This document shows positions 1 to 8,535 of a stretch of DNA of 64,000 nt, one piece after another. The stretch is from Vampirovibrionales bacterium. GTDB lineage: Bacteria > Cyanobacteriota > Vampirovibrionia > Vampirovibrionales > Vampirovibrionaceae. The first letter of the stretch is position 1, and each line of letters opens with the position of its first letter. The stretch covers positions 2,449,562 to 2,513,561 of the forward strand of contig JADJRF010000005.1 of the NCBI GenBank assembly GCA_016712355.1. Reading direction: 5' to 3'. A program made the position numbers and the translations under genes. Below the pieces are notes generated by a model. That model was not told where the DNA came from, made no database searches, and saw only the letters and a list, made by a program, of their open reading frames with translations.

Positions 1-1062
1 TCGACTCTGGGGCCTGCTTTAGCGCCCGTTTTACCAGCGGGATCGCGCGCGCTGCTTATCAGTGACGAAACCGTCTATGGCCTTTACGGCGAATCGGCTT
101 TGGCGCAGCTGGACGGGGCCGGTTATCAGGCGCAACGCTTTGTGATTCCCGATGGTGAAACGTCGAAGACGCTGTCAATGGTGGAATCGGCGTATGACGC
201 GGCGCTAAAATTCGGGCTGAGCCGTCGCGACGCCATCATCGCGCTGGGCGGCGGCGTCGTCGGCGATCTGGCGGGATTCTGCGCCGCGACGTATTATCGC
301 GGGACGACATTCGTGCAAATCCCGACCACGCTGCTCGCGCAGATTGATTCGTCGGTGGGCGGCAAGACGGCAGTGAATTTTCGCACGGTGAAAAATGGCG
401 TCGGGGCGTTCTATCAGCCAGCGCGCGTCCTTATTGACCCGGCGGCGCTCAGCACGCTGGATGCGCGCCAGGCCCGCGCCGGTCTGGCGGAAGCCGCCAA
501 GTACGCCTTGCTGGAAATCAGCGCCACGGGCGACAGCGGTCTGTTTGGCTTCTTGAGCGTACAGGCCGAGGCTTTGCGCCATTTGTCCAGCGCCAGCCCC
601 GCCACGCGGTGCGAATTAATCGCGCGCTGCTGCCAAATCAAGGCCGAGGTCGTGGCCGCAGACGAAACCGAACGCAGCGGCGCGCGGGCAATGCTGAATC
701 TGGGTCACACGTTTGGCCACGCGCTGGAGGCCGCCGCAGGCTACGGCACGCTCCTGCATGGAGAAGCCGTCGCCATGGGCATGGCGATGGCGCTGGAGAT
801 GTCGACGCAACTGGACCTGCTGGGCGCTGAAGAGGCCCGCCGCGCGCGCGCGTTGCTACGTGCGCTGGACTTGCCGCTCACCCCGCCCGCCGGCTTACGC
901 GCCGAAACCCTGCTGGCGCTGATGACCCAGGACAAAAAAGCCCACGACGGGCGCATCTCGTTTGTCCTGCCCGTGGAATGCGCAGGTCGGGTACGTCTGT
1001 GCGACGACGTGCCCCAGGCAACCGCGCTTGCAGTCGTCCGCGCAGCGCTGGCCGCCCGCTGA
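1..1062 (+). CDS. aroB: 3-dehydroquinate synthase, 5' end lies outside the window
   Basis: ORF 100..1062 stays open in-frame back to nt 1 (STLGPALAPVLPAGSRALLISDETVYGLYGE...). Motifs ALGGGVVGDLAGF, GGKTAVNF and LNLGHTFGHALE match the AroB/DHQS family. Confidence 0.85.
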   Translation, partial: STLGPALAPVLPAGSRALLISDETVYGLYGESALAQLDGAGYQAQRFVIPDGETSKTLSMVESAYDAALKFGLSRRDAIIALGGGVVGDLAGFCAATYYRGTTFVQIPTTLLAQIDSSVGGKTAVNFRTVKNGVGAFYQPARVLIDPAALSTLDARQARAGLAEAAKYALLEISATGDSGLFGFLSVQAEALRHLSSASPATRCELIARCCQIKAEVVAADETERSGARAMLNLGHTFGHALEAAAGYGTLLHGEAVAMGMAMALEMSTQLDLLGAEEARRARALLRALDLPLTPPAGLRAETLLALMTQDKKAHDGRISFVLPVECAGRVRLCDDVPQATALAVVRAALAAR

Positions 1063-1087
1063 CCAGTCGCTTTATCCACAACGGGGA

Positions 1088-1126
1088 AGGCTCCCGATCG
1101 ACTTTGCGATCGGGAGCCTCTTAAAA
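1088..1126 (+). terminator. Putative intrinsic terminator after aroB
   Basis: Perfect 13-bp inverted repeat aggctcccgatcg / cgatcgggagcct with a 6-nt loop, followed by a weak T/A tail (ttaaaag). Confidence 0.45.
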
Positions 1127-1340
1127 GTGCGCTTCAGAGACAACAGTTCAACCCCGTAATGTTGTTATGCCCGGCGCCGGCGTCCGCCAATCGCCTGATG
1201 TCCGGATTGTTACAATCGCGCGGCGTCGCAGGTCAGCAGGCAATTTCCGCCATAAAATTGTTTTTATTTTTGTATATCTTTCCAGATCAGTCTCTGGATT
1301 CCCTTGATGCGTTCCCCGATTCTTTGCGAAAGCGTTTGCC

Positions 1341-1841
1341 ATGAGCGTTTCTCCCTCCGGCTTTTATAACAGCTATCCCGCGACGACAAGCGAGAGCAGC
1401 AGCAAGCCGCCCAAGCCGCCGACTTACCGCCAGCGCAAGGCGCAGGCTGAAGCCGCGCAGACGTTCGCCAATGACGTGATGATGGCCCAGCAACTCACCG
1501 GCAAACAGTTGAGCGAAGAAGATGTGTCGGAAGCGATGACGCTGTTGGGGCAGATGCCCAAGAATTCCGACGTCAAGCTGAATCAGCGCGTCAGTTATGA
1601 GCAGCAGAAGGCGTGGTCGCTTTCGCAAGCCCAGCAGGACGCCAGCGACGGCAAAAGCGCCGGACAGGTTCTGGCCAACCTGATGTGGGGCGATCAGGCC
1701 CTGACGACCAAAAAAGCCGTCAACGAGAATTGGTCGTACATGATGAAAAGCTTTACCCAGGTAAAGGCCCCCGACTTCGTGAAGGTCCATAAGGACGGCG
1801 GCAGCGATCTGGGCCTCAACGACGAGGAATCCAGCGAATAA
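1341..1841 (+). CDS. Hypothetical protein (166 aa, soluble, Q/S-rich); no family recognised
   Basis: Intact ORF with ATG start in a well-spaced intergenic context and high-GC codon usage. I recognise no motif. Confidence 0.45.
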   Translation: MSVSPSGFYNSYPATTSESSSKPPKPPTYRQRKAQAEAAQTFANDVMMAQQLTGKQLSEEDVSEAMTLLGQMPKNSDVKLNQRVSYEQQKAWSLSQAQQDASDGKSAGQVLANLMWGDQALTTKKAVNENWSYMMKSFTQVKAPDFVKVHKDGGSDLGLNDEESSE

Positions 1842-1885
1842 GGCTGCGGGTTCGGGTCAATTGCAAACGATTCGCCACAAAACGC

Positions 1886-2070
1886 CCTCAACTGGGGGCG
1901 TTGCGGTAGAATCATATTGAAACGCACGTGATTATTACGAATCATCACGTACCGACCTCAATCAGGGGCGTTGCGATAAAATCCTATTGGAACGCGCTTG
2001 ATTATTACCAATCATCAAGCATATCCCTCGATTGGGGGCGTTGGCAGTAAAATCGGGTTCAAACGCCAAG
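1886..2070. repeat. Tandem ~70-bp imperfect direct repeats (2.6 copies) upstream of thyX, each with internal dyad symmetry
   Basis: Units begin cctcaactgggggcgttgcggtagaatc (1886), cctcaatcaggggcgttgcgataaaatc (1956) and cctcgattgggggcgttggcagtaaaatc (2026). The period is exactly 70 bp. Each unit has a gcgtt...aacgc stem and a tgattattac(g/c)aatcatca near-palindrome. Confidence 0.8.
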
Positions 2071-2133
2071 CGCGGCTGTCTGTTGGCGCGCTCTCGGCGT
2101 TGCTTTGCCCCAATTGCAGGAAGGTCGCTTGCG

Positions 2134-2907
2134 ATGTCCACCTCCGCCGTGTCCGAACAACCCGCCGCGTCCGCGATGCCAGACGCTAACGCTTCTCCCG
2201 CGCTGATTCGCGCCCTGGACCATGGCTTTGTCGAGCGCGTGGACGCGATGGGCAGCGATCTGACCGTGGTCAATTCGGCTCGCGTGTCGTTCGGCAAACG
2301 CAAGGACGCCCTTAGCGCCCAGGACGAGAAGCTGATTCGGTATCTGGCAGCGCACAAGCACTGGAGCCCGTTTCGGCATGTGCAGATTCAGTTCCACTGC
2401 AAAGTCCCGGAATTTGTCGCGCGGCAGTGGTACAAGCACGTGGTCGGCATCGCCTACAGCGAGGCGCCCACGGTGGATCATGCCTGGAACGAAATCAGCC
2501 AGCGGTATGTGGACGCGGGCGAGTTTGATTTTTATACGCCAGATGGCTTCCGCCAGCAATCGAGCGATAACAAGCAGGCGTCAACAGACGATTGCGTTCC
2601 GGATCCCGGCGGCGAGCTGATGCGGGCTTACGCGGCGCATTGTCGCGACGCGCTGGCGCTTTACCAGCGTCTGACCGAGGCGGGAGCCGCCCGCGAGCAG
2701 GCCCGAGGCGCGCTGCCGCTGAGCATTTACACCGAGTTTTACTGGACGGCCTCGTTACAGGCGATTGTCAATTTTATTCAACTGCGCAAGCATCCGGGGG
2801 CGCAATACGAGATTCGCGTTTACGCCGACGCCATTGAAACGCTTACGCGTCAGGTCGCGCCCTTGTCGCTTCAGGGTCTGCTGGGCGACGCGCCCCCGTC
2901 AGCCTGA
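2134..2907 (+). CDS. thyX: FAD-dependent thymidylate synthase ThyX
   Basis: ThyX signature region ...WSPFRHVQIQFH...SQRYV... (RHR/SQRY motifs) at the expected length. ATG at 2134 is preceded by gcaggaagg. The longer ORF from 2032 is probably an N-terminal over-extension. Confidence 0.85.
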   Translation: MSTSAVSEQPAASAMPDANASPALIRALDHGFVERVDAMGSDLTVVNSARVSFGKRKDALSAQDEKLIRYLAAHKHWSPFRHVQIQFHCKVPEFVARQWYKHVVGIAYSEAPTVDHAWNEISQRYVDAGEFDFYTPDGFRQQSSDNKQASTDDCVPDPGGELMRAYAAHCRDALALYQRLTEAGAAREQARGALPLSIYTEFYWTASLQAIVNFIQLRKHPGAQYEIRVYADAIETLTRQVAPLSLQGLLGDAPPSA

Positions 2908-4555
2908 ATCGGGATAAATCGCCCAGATGGGCGTCCATGGCCGTCGTGCGGTTCGAAAATCCGTCTACGACGTAAGGCCCGCGCAGACGATCGCGGCGCT
3001 GATACAGCGTGGCCACGGCGTCTGAATAAATCCGCGCCCAGCCGGGGAGACGGTCCAGCCTCTTGCGCAATTGCGCCGCCCCAGCGGGGATGACGATCAG
3101 GGTCGCGCCCGATCGCAGGGCGGGCCGCAGGTCATACGGCGGCATATAGAATGCCAGGTACGCCTGCATCTGGCGATCGTCGTAAACAGCCTCGTAACGC
3201 CCGTCTATCGACACGCGAACCGCTGGATACAGGCGCCAGAAGAAATATTGCCCCCATCCGAAAGTCGTCCACAGGTCGCCTTCAATTTTATTTTGCTGAA
3301 GAAAACGAACCAGCCCCTGAGGGTAAACCAGTTGGGTCTCCGCCTCTTGAGACGCCGCGCCCGTCGTCCCCAGAACCCGCACATAGAGAGGCGCTCCCTG
3401 CATATGCAATACGCCTGACACGAGCAGTAAAATCCCTGTAGAAAGGATGAGTTTAACCGCGTACGGCGCCTCTTGCCTTAAAGCGACCTGATTTTCCGGC
3501 GAAACGTTCGAACGGGTCCAAGCGAACGCGGGCGGCGTTTTTAAGCGCCACGCCAGCATTATCGCCGCAATAATGAAAAACGGAGCCAATTTAAAATGAA
3601 GCGTCCCGGCCACTGCCAATGCCACTAACATGAGTTCGACCACAGGAAACTGACGTGGGCGCGTCAGCGCCGAATAAATAGCCACGCCAGCAAAAAACAG
3701 GGCGACGAGCAGGTAACTCACGCCAAATCCCACGCTGTGGGTCAAAACATGACCCCATTCCATAATATAAGGTCGGGGCATTCCCCATGCGCCGAAAAGC
3801 TCGCGATGCAGATCCAGCCCATAGGGATTCAGCCATGTCGCCAATCCGCACGCGATTGTTGTGAGCAGCAGACGATTTGCCTGCCGCCAGTTTCTTTGCA
3901 AAGCCGACTTTAAATAGAATGCGCCTAACAGGCCAAATCCCATAATAAAACCGGCATGGAGATTCACCCAGAATGCCATCGCCAGCGGCAAGAACGCCAG
4001 CGTATTTTTCCAGGAATTCCCCTTGACGCGATCAAAGGCCAGTAAGCGATTCAGAAACAGCGTAAAGAAGAAGAAAGAAAAAAGATGGCAGCGAAACGTA
4101 CAGCCCAAGCCATTCCAGAGAACAAATGCAGTCAGTGGCGCCGAATACTTCAGAAAATCAGGAATAAAAGCGGACGGATTCGCATGACAGGCGCGCTCCT
4201 GCCGAAACGTCTGTAACATCATGGCGATGCAGGCAAAAACAAGGGTTAATTTAAAACAGAATATGCTCAAACTCCCCCAGTGTTTAAACAGATAAAAAAG
4301 CAGGAAGCCGCTGCCCCATTCATGATCGATCCACAGGCGCCCGCCAGCAACGCCGAATGAAAAAACATCGCGATAGGGAAAATAGCCGGGGTTTTGGTCT
4401 ATTAGGGCGCCGATGGCCATTTTTCCCCATAAATCCAGATCGGCGACATTTTGAACGTTCAGGCACAGCAATAAGACGCCAGCAAAGGACAAGCCATTCA
4501 GAACAGCCGGCAACTTTTGCCGCCACCGGGAATGCGCCAGATAAGAAACCATCAT
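2843..4555 (-). CDS. Large polytopic integral membrane protein (570 aa), possibly a glycosyltransferase-fold (GT39/ArnT/YfhO-like) membrane enzyme
   Basis: More than 10 predicted hydrophobic helices and a long uninterrupted ORF. Family assignment is inference only. The 3' end overlaps the convergent thyX by ~65 nt. Confidence 0.55.
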   Translation of the reverse strand: MMVSYLAHSRWRQKLPAVLNGLSFAGVLLLCLNVQNVADLDLWGKMAIGALIDQNPGYFPYRDVFSFGVAGGRLWIDHEWGSGFLLFYLFKHWGSLSIFCFKLTLVFACIAMMLQTFRQERACHANPSAFIPDFLKYSAPLTAFVLWNGLGCTFRCHLFSFFFFTLFLNRLLAFDRVKGNSWKNTLAFLPLAMAFWVNLHAGFIMGFGLLGAFYLKSALQRNWRQANRLLLTTIACGLATWLNPYGLDLHRELFGAWGMPRPYIMEWGHVLTHSVGFGVSYLLVALFFAGVAIYSALTRPRQFPVVELMLVALAVAGTLHFKLAPFFIIAAIMLAWRLKTPPAFAWTRSNVSPENQVALRQEAPYAVKLILSTGILLLVSGVLHMQGAPLYVRVLGTTGAASQEAETQLVYPQGLVRFLQQNKIEGDLWTTFGWGQYFFWRLYPAVRVSIDGRYEAVYDDRQMQAYLAFYMPPYDLRPALRSGATLIVIPAGAAQLRKRLDRLPGWARIYSDAVATLYQRRDRLRGPYVVDGFSNRTTAMDAHLGDLSRFRLTGARRPADPEATRARPDA

Positions 4556-4842
4556 CGCCCCGTCATTTCCGGACTATTTTGGAGGCCAAACGCCGTATTC
4601 CCATTATGGAGCGTCTTTTCTGCTTCCACGTCATCTGGCTATGGGATTCTGATCAGGCAAGTTTGCCATGCATGCGTTTTCACCCCTTCGGGTGATAAAA
4701 CGCATGCGCGCGCTACGATAAGATGACATTATCGGCAACCCCCCTCGGCCAGAAATCGCCTTTTCTCCTGAGAAGGATCTGAGCGTCGGACCGCTTGCCC
4801 CCACGAAGAATGAGATATAGAGCAACGAGTGAGGACTTCCTG

Positions 4843-5040
4843 ATGAAAATGATGCTTCGCAAATCCAGAAAAGGTCAATCGCTGGCCGAATACGGTTTGA
4901 TTCTGGCCCTGATCGCCATCGTGTGTATTGCGGCCCTGTCGTTCCTGGGAAGCCAAATCGGCAACTCCCTGAATGACGTCGGCAACAAACTGTTTACCGC
5001 CATTAGCAGCTCTAAACCCGGCTCGCCGCCCGCATCATAG
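4843..5040 (+). CDS. flp: Flp/Fap family type IVb prepilin
   Basis: MKMMLRKSRKG|QSLAEYGLILALIAIVCIAAL matches the Flp prepilin processing motif (G/xxxxEY followed by a hydrophobic stretch). ATG at 4843 follows gtgaggac. Confidence 0.7.
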   Translation: MKMMLRKSRKGQSLAEYGLILALIAIVCIAALSFLGSQIGNSLNDVGNKLFTAISSSKPGSPPAS

Positions 5041-5078
5041 AAGCTTATAAAATCAAGGTTTTTTCCAAACATTCTCCA

Positions 5079-5122
5079 CCAGCGCCGAACTAAATATTTT
5101 TAGGTCGGCGCTGGAGTTTTTT
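5079..5122 (+). terminator. Intrinsic terminator after flp
   Basis: 10-bp stem ccagcgccga / tcggcgctgg with an AT-rich loop, followed by agtttttt. Confidence 0.6.
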
Positions 5123-5140
5123 AAAAGAGAAAATTAATTT

Positions 5141-5389
5141 ATGCAAAATTATCGAAAAGCATCAAAAAAATTTCCCCCTCAAAAAAAGGGGGATAAATCT
5201 TGTAGAGGCTTGACGGGTAACACCCTCGCCGAGCTAGCGTGCATTACGGTTTTTATTGCTATTTTTTGCGTTGCCGCCCTCACTTTTCTTTCAAATCAAT
5301 TTTCTTCCATGTGCGATTACTTGGGAAACTTTTTTGCAAATACGATTAAAAATACTTCACCCGGATCTCCCGGCAGCGGAACAAGTTAA
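5141..5389 (+). CDS. Divergent second Flp-like prepilin in a locally AT-rich segment
   Basis: GLTG|NTLAELACITVFIAIFCVAALTFL resembles the Flp G/xxxxE(Y/L) hydrophobic core. The C-terminal SPGSPGSG echoes the KPGSPPAS tail of the first flp. Local GC is far below the chromosomal average. Confidence 0.5.
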   Translation: MQNYRKASKKFPPQKKGDKSCRGLTGNTLAELACITVFIAIFCVAALTFLSNQFSSMCDYLGNFFANTIKNTSPGSPGSGTS

Positions 5390-5423
5390 CGCCAACGCTT
5401 TACCACAGCTGAAATAAAATCCT

Positions 5424-6074
5424 TCAATATACCGCCGGAAACAGGCGGTATCGAACTTTTTGGAAATATTGCCTGTACTCTTCAGAAGACGCGCTCAAGA
5501 TACGCTCTTCCTCAAGAAGTCGCAGAATTTGGCACGTGATTAAAGTAAAAAACAAAACAATATTGAACCATGACAATTGAAGCAACACCAAGGAGAAGAA
5601 CCAGACCAGCTCAAAAGCATACAGAGGATGGCGAATCCAGCGATACAACCCTTGCGTTTTCACCTGTCGGCATGCCGCAACAATCCCAAACCCCTTGCCT
5701 AAACACCCGATAGCGACCAGTGAGCCCCCTGCGCCCACCACCCAGAGCGCGGCGGCAAGAATGCCCAGCCCAGGGGCAGGATGATGCGGGGCCGGTTGTA
5801 ACAATAAAGGCAGCAGACTGGTGGCAAACGCAATAATCCGATGCGTAATACGGCCTGACTCCGCTTGCGCCTCTTTGCGCGTAACAAATAATATCAACAT
5901 AAACATGTAAAATGCGAGAATAGCGATCGAACTAAAATCGCCGCGCAATACGCCCAAACCATAGGTATAAACCGCGTACGCCGTTAGACAGAACGCAAAC
6001 AGGGTAAAAAGCGCATTCAGGGGAATTCTTGATTTTCGCACGATGGGCACAATTGCAGGGGACGGCTCTGTCAT
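5424..6074 (-). CDS. Isoprenylcysteine carboxyl methyltransferase (ICMT)/phospholipid methyltransferase family membrane protein
   Basis: C-terminal GLYRWIRHPLYAFELVWFF is the ICMT-family signature. ORF 5424..6464 is trimmed to the internal ATG (MTEPSP...) because the upstream part overlaps purM on the other strand. Confidence 0.7.
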   Translation of the reverse strand: MTEPSPAIVPIVRKSRIPLNALFTLFAFCLTAYAVYTYGLGVLRGDFSSIAILAFYMFMLILFVTRKEAQAESGRITHRIIAFATSLLPLLLQPAPHHPAPGLGILAAALWVVGAGGSLVAIGCLGKGFGIVAACRQVKTQGLYRWIRHPLYAFELVWFFSLVLLQLSWFNIVLFFTLITCQILRLLEEERILSASSEEYRQYFQKVRYRLFPAVY

Positions 6075-6215
6075 GCCGGGACTCACCTCGCGAGTTGGGA
6101 CCGTCTCCCCATTGAAGCGGGTGGCGGGGCGGGCGTCATCCTCTGCGCGCAGGAGGCGTGTTTCTGGTATGCTGGGGCTTGTTTTTGAGAGCTTGAAAGT
6201 TTCTCCTGAGGCCCC

Positions 6216-7280
6216 ATGTCCCTTCCTCCCCGCTCCGATGAGGCGTATCGCCGGGCAGGCGTCGATTTGCTCCAGGCCGATGCGGTCGTTCAGATCGCGC
6301 GACGACTCGCCAAAACCACCGCCAGCCGCGCAAACGTCGGCGAGTTGGGCGGATTTTCCGGCGCATTTGAGCTGCCCGCGGGCTTTGAACGCCCTGTGCT
6401 TCTCAGCGCCTGCGATGGCGTCGGCACCAAGCTGAAACTCGCCGTCGAAAGCGGCATTCATCACACGGTCGGCATCGATCTGGTGGCCATGAGCGTCAAT
6501 GACATTCTGGTCTGCGGCGGCGAGCCGCTCGCGTTTCTGGATTACGTCGCCACCGGGGCGCTCAAGCCCGAGATGTTTGAGTCGATTCTGTCAGGCGTGG
6601 CTGAAGGCTGTCGTCAGGCGGCATGCGCGCTCGTTGGCGGCGAAACCGCTGAAATGCCGGGCCTGTACGCCGGAGATGACTACGATCTCGCCGGATTCTG
6701 CGTCGGGGTAGTCGAAAAAGAGCTGATGCTGCCGCAACCCGGCGGGGTTCAGGAAGGGCAAACGCTCATCGGGCTAGCGAGTTCAGGCCTGCATAGCAAC
6801 GGGTTCAGTCTGGTGAGGAAAATTCTTGCCGAGAGCGGCGCAACGCTCGACAGTCCCGCGCCTGCGCCCCAAGACGGATCCATCGCCGAGATGCTCCTGA
6901 CGCCGACGCGGATTTATGTTCAGCCTGTGCTTGCGCTGCTTCGACGCTTTGAAGGGGCGATTCGCGCGATGGCGCATGTGACGGGCGGCGGCTTTGTGGA
7001 TAATATTCCGCGCGTACTGCCCATGGGGCTATCCGCGCGCCTCGATGACAGCACGTGGACGCCGCCGCCCGTGTTTCCCTGGCTGGCGCGCCTTGGCGGG
7101 CTGGATGCGGCGACCATGCGCCATACGTTTAATTGCGGCATCGGGTATATTATTGTGGCAGAAGCCGCCCAAACGCTCGATATGCTGGCGTTTCTCAATG
7201 AAGGCTGGCCCGAATTGCAGGCGACCGTGATCGGCCAAGTCATCGACACCCCGGATCGCCGCGAGGTGGCGTTTTGCTGA
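6216..7280 (+). CDS. purM: Phosphoribosylformylglycinamidine cyclo-ligase (AIR synthetase)
   Basis: Conserved PurM blocks GVDLL, GELGGFSGAFEL, DGVGTKLKLA and GGETAEMPGLY. Confidence 0.9.
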   Translation: MSLPPRSDEAYRRAGVDLLQADAVVQIARRLAKTTASRANVGELGGFSGAFELPAGFERPVLLSACDGVGTKLKLAVESGIHHTVGIDLVAMSVNDILVCGGEPLAFLDYVATGALKPEMFESILSGVAEGCRQAACALVGGETAEMPGLYAGDDYDLAGFCVGVVEKELMLPQPGGVQEGQTLIGLASSGLHSNGFSLVRKILAESGATLDSPAPAPQDGSIAEMLLTPTRIYVQPVLALLRRFEGAIRAMAHVTGGGFVDNIPRVLPMGLSARLDDSTWTPPPVFPWLARLGGLDAATMRHTFNCGIGYIIVAEAAQTLDMLAFLNEGWPELQATVIGQVIDTPDRREVAFC

Positions 7281-7927
7281 ACGGCGTTCGACTGGGCGTC
7301 CTCTTGTCAGGGCGCGGCAGCAATCTGGTCGCCATCGCCGACGCGATTGACGCCGGGCGGATTCCGGGCGCGCGCATCGCGCTGACGCTGTCTAACCGGC
7401 CCTCTGCGCCGGGCGTGCTGATTGCCGAAGAACGCGGATTGCCCACCGCCGTGCTGGCGCCGAAAGCCTATGACGATCGCGAGGCCTACGACCGCGCCGT
7501 ATGCGACGCGTTACGCGATCAAGGCGTCGAGCTGGTGGTATTGGCCGGGTATGACCGGATTCTGACGCCGGGCTTTATTCGGGCCTTCGCCGGGCGGATT
7601 TTGAATATTCACCCCAGTCTGCTGCCCGCCTATGGCGGCAAAGGCATGGTGGGAGAACGCGTCCATGAGGCGGTGTTGGCGGCAGGCGAAACGCAATCGG
7701 GCTGCACGGCGCATCTGGTGACCGAAGCGGTGGACGAGGGGCCAATTCTGGGCCGGCGGGTCGTCGACGTGCTGCCGGGCGATACGCCGCAGACGCTGGC
7801 GGCGCGCATCTTACGCGAAGAACACCAGTTGTATCCCCTTGTCATCGCGCAGGCGGCGCAACGGCTGGCCCAAGGCGAAGCGATTGTTGCAGATAATTTT
7901 ATGGCGGAATCCGGGAGACCTTTATGA
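7274..7927 (+). CDS. purN: Phosphoribosylglycinamide formyltransferase
   Basis: LLSGRGSNL at the N-terminus and NIHPSLLPAYGG folate-binding motif. It overlaps the purM stop (coupled). Confidence 0.85.
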   Translation: MLNGVRLGVLLSGRGSNLVAIADAIDAGRIPGARIALTLSNRPSAPGVLIAEERGLPTAVLAPKAYDDREAYDRAVCDALRDQGVELVVLAGYDRILTPGFIRAFAGRILNIHPSLLPAYGGKGMVGERVHEAVLAAGETQSGCTAHLVTEAVDEGPILGRRVVDVLPGDTPQTLAARILREEHQLYPLVIAQAAQRLAQGEAIVADNFMAESGRPL

Positions 7928-8529
7928 CGCGCGTTTTTCAGAAACCTGTTGTAACAACGCTCTCGCTATGCGCCGCGTTGACGATCCTGTCGGGCTGTAA
8001 TGACAGTTTTGTCTATCAGCGTTCGGTATCGGAGCTGAATAACAAGGCCGCCGTGATGATTGCTCAGGGCGACGCCGCCGGAGCCGTGGCGCGCCTTGAA
8101 GCAGCGCGCGATCTGATGCCGAAAGAGCCCTCGCTGATGTATAATCTGGCGCTGGCCTATCAGGCAAACAAGCAGCCGGAAAAGGCGACCGCCTTACTGG
8201 CGCAGTTTATCGAGGAATTCCCCAATGATAAGCTTGCGCCGGGGGCGCTGAAATCGCTGGGGGTGATGGAAGAAGCCCAGGGCGACGCGTTTTTGGGACA
8301 GGCCCGCCAAGCCAAAGGCAAGAACGACGCCGCTGCAACCGCACGGTGGACGCAACAGGCTCAGGACTCCTATCAACGCGCCGAAAGCGCCTTCAGCGCT
8401 CTGGCAGAGAGAAGCAAAACGGCAGAAGAGCGTCAGGCGGTAGAGCAGCATCTGGTGGGGTTGCGCAAGATCATGAATAAAGCCGCCGCCGGAGAATTAT
8501 CGCCGCTAATGACGAGCGAGGGCGGCTAA
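7924..8529 (+). CDS. Lipoprotein with TPR-like helical repeats
   Basis: Signal peptide with lipobox LSGC and alpha-helical TPR-like repeats (LALAYQANKQPEKA...). Confidence 0.55.
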   Translation: MTRVFQKPVVTTLSLCAALTILSGCNDSFVYQRSVSELNNKAAVMIAQGDAAGAVARLEAARDLMPKEPSLMYNLALAYQANKQPEKATALLAQFIEEFPNDKLAPGALKSLGVMEEAQGDAFLGQARQAKGKNDAAATARWTQQAQDSYQRAESAFSALAERSKTAEERQAVEQHLVGLRKIMNKAAAGELSPLMTSEGG

Positions 8530-8535
8530 ACGGCG

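Noticed and set aside
205-1081. Numerous antisense or alternative-frame ORFs inside aroB (and similar ORFs throughout the high-GC region)
   Set aside because: These are typical high-GC open-frame artefacts, fully embedded in well-supported genes on the other strand or frame.
1886-2070. Possible CRISPR array
   Set aside because: The repeat units are directly contiguous (70-bp period) without unique spacers, and no cas genes are nearby.
5424-6464. 346-aa ORF extending the methyltransferase gene to 6464
   Set aside because: The N-terminal 130 codons overlap purM on the opposite strand and carry no family signal. An internal ATG at 6072-6074 gives a compact ICMT-like protein.
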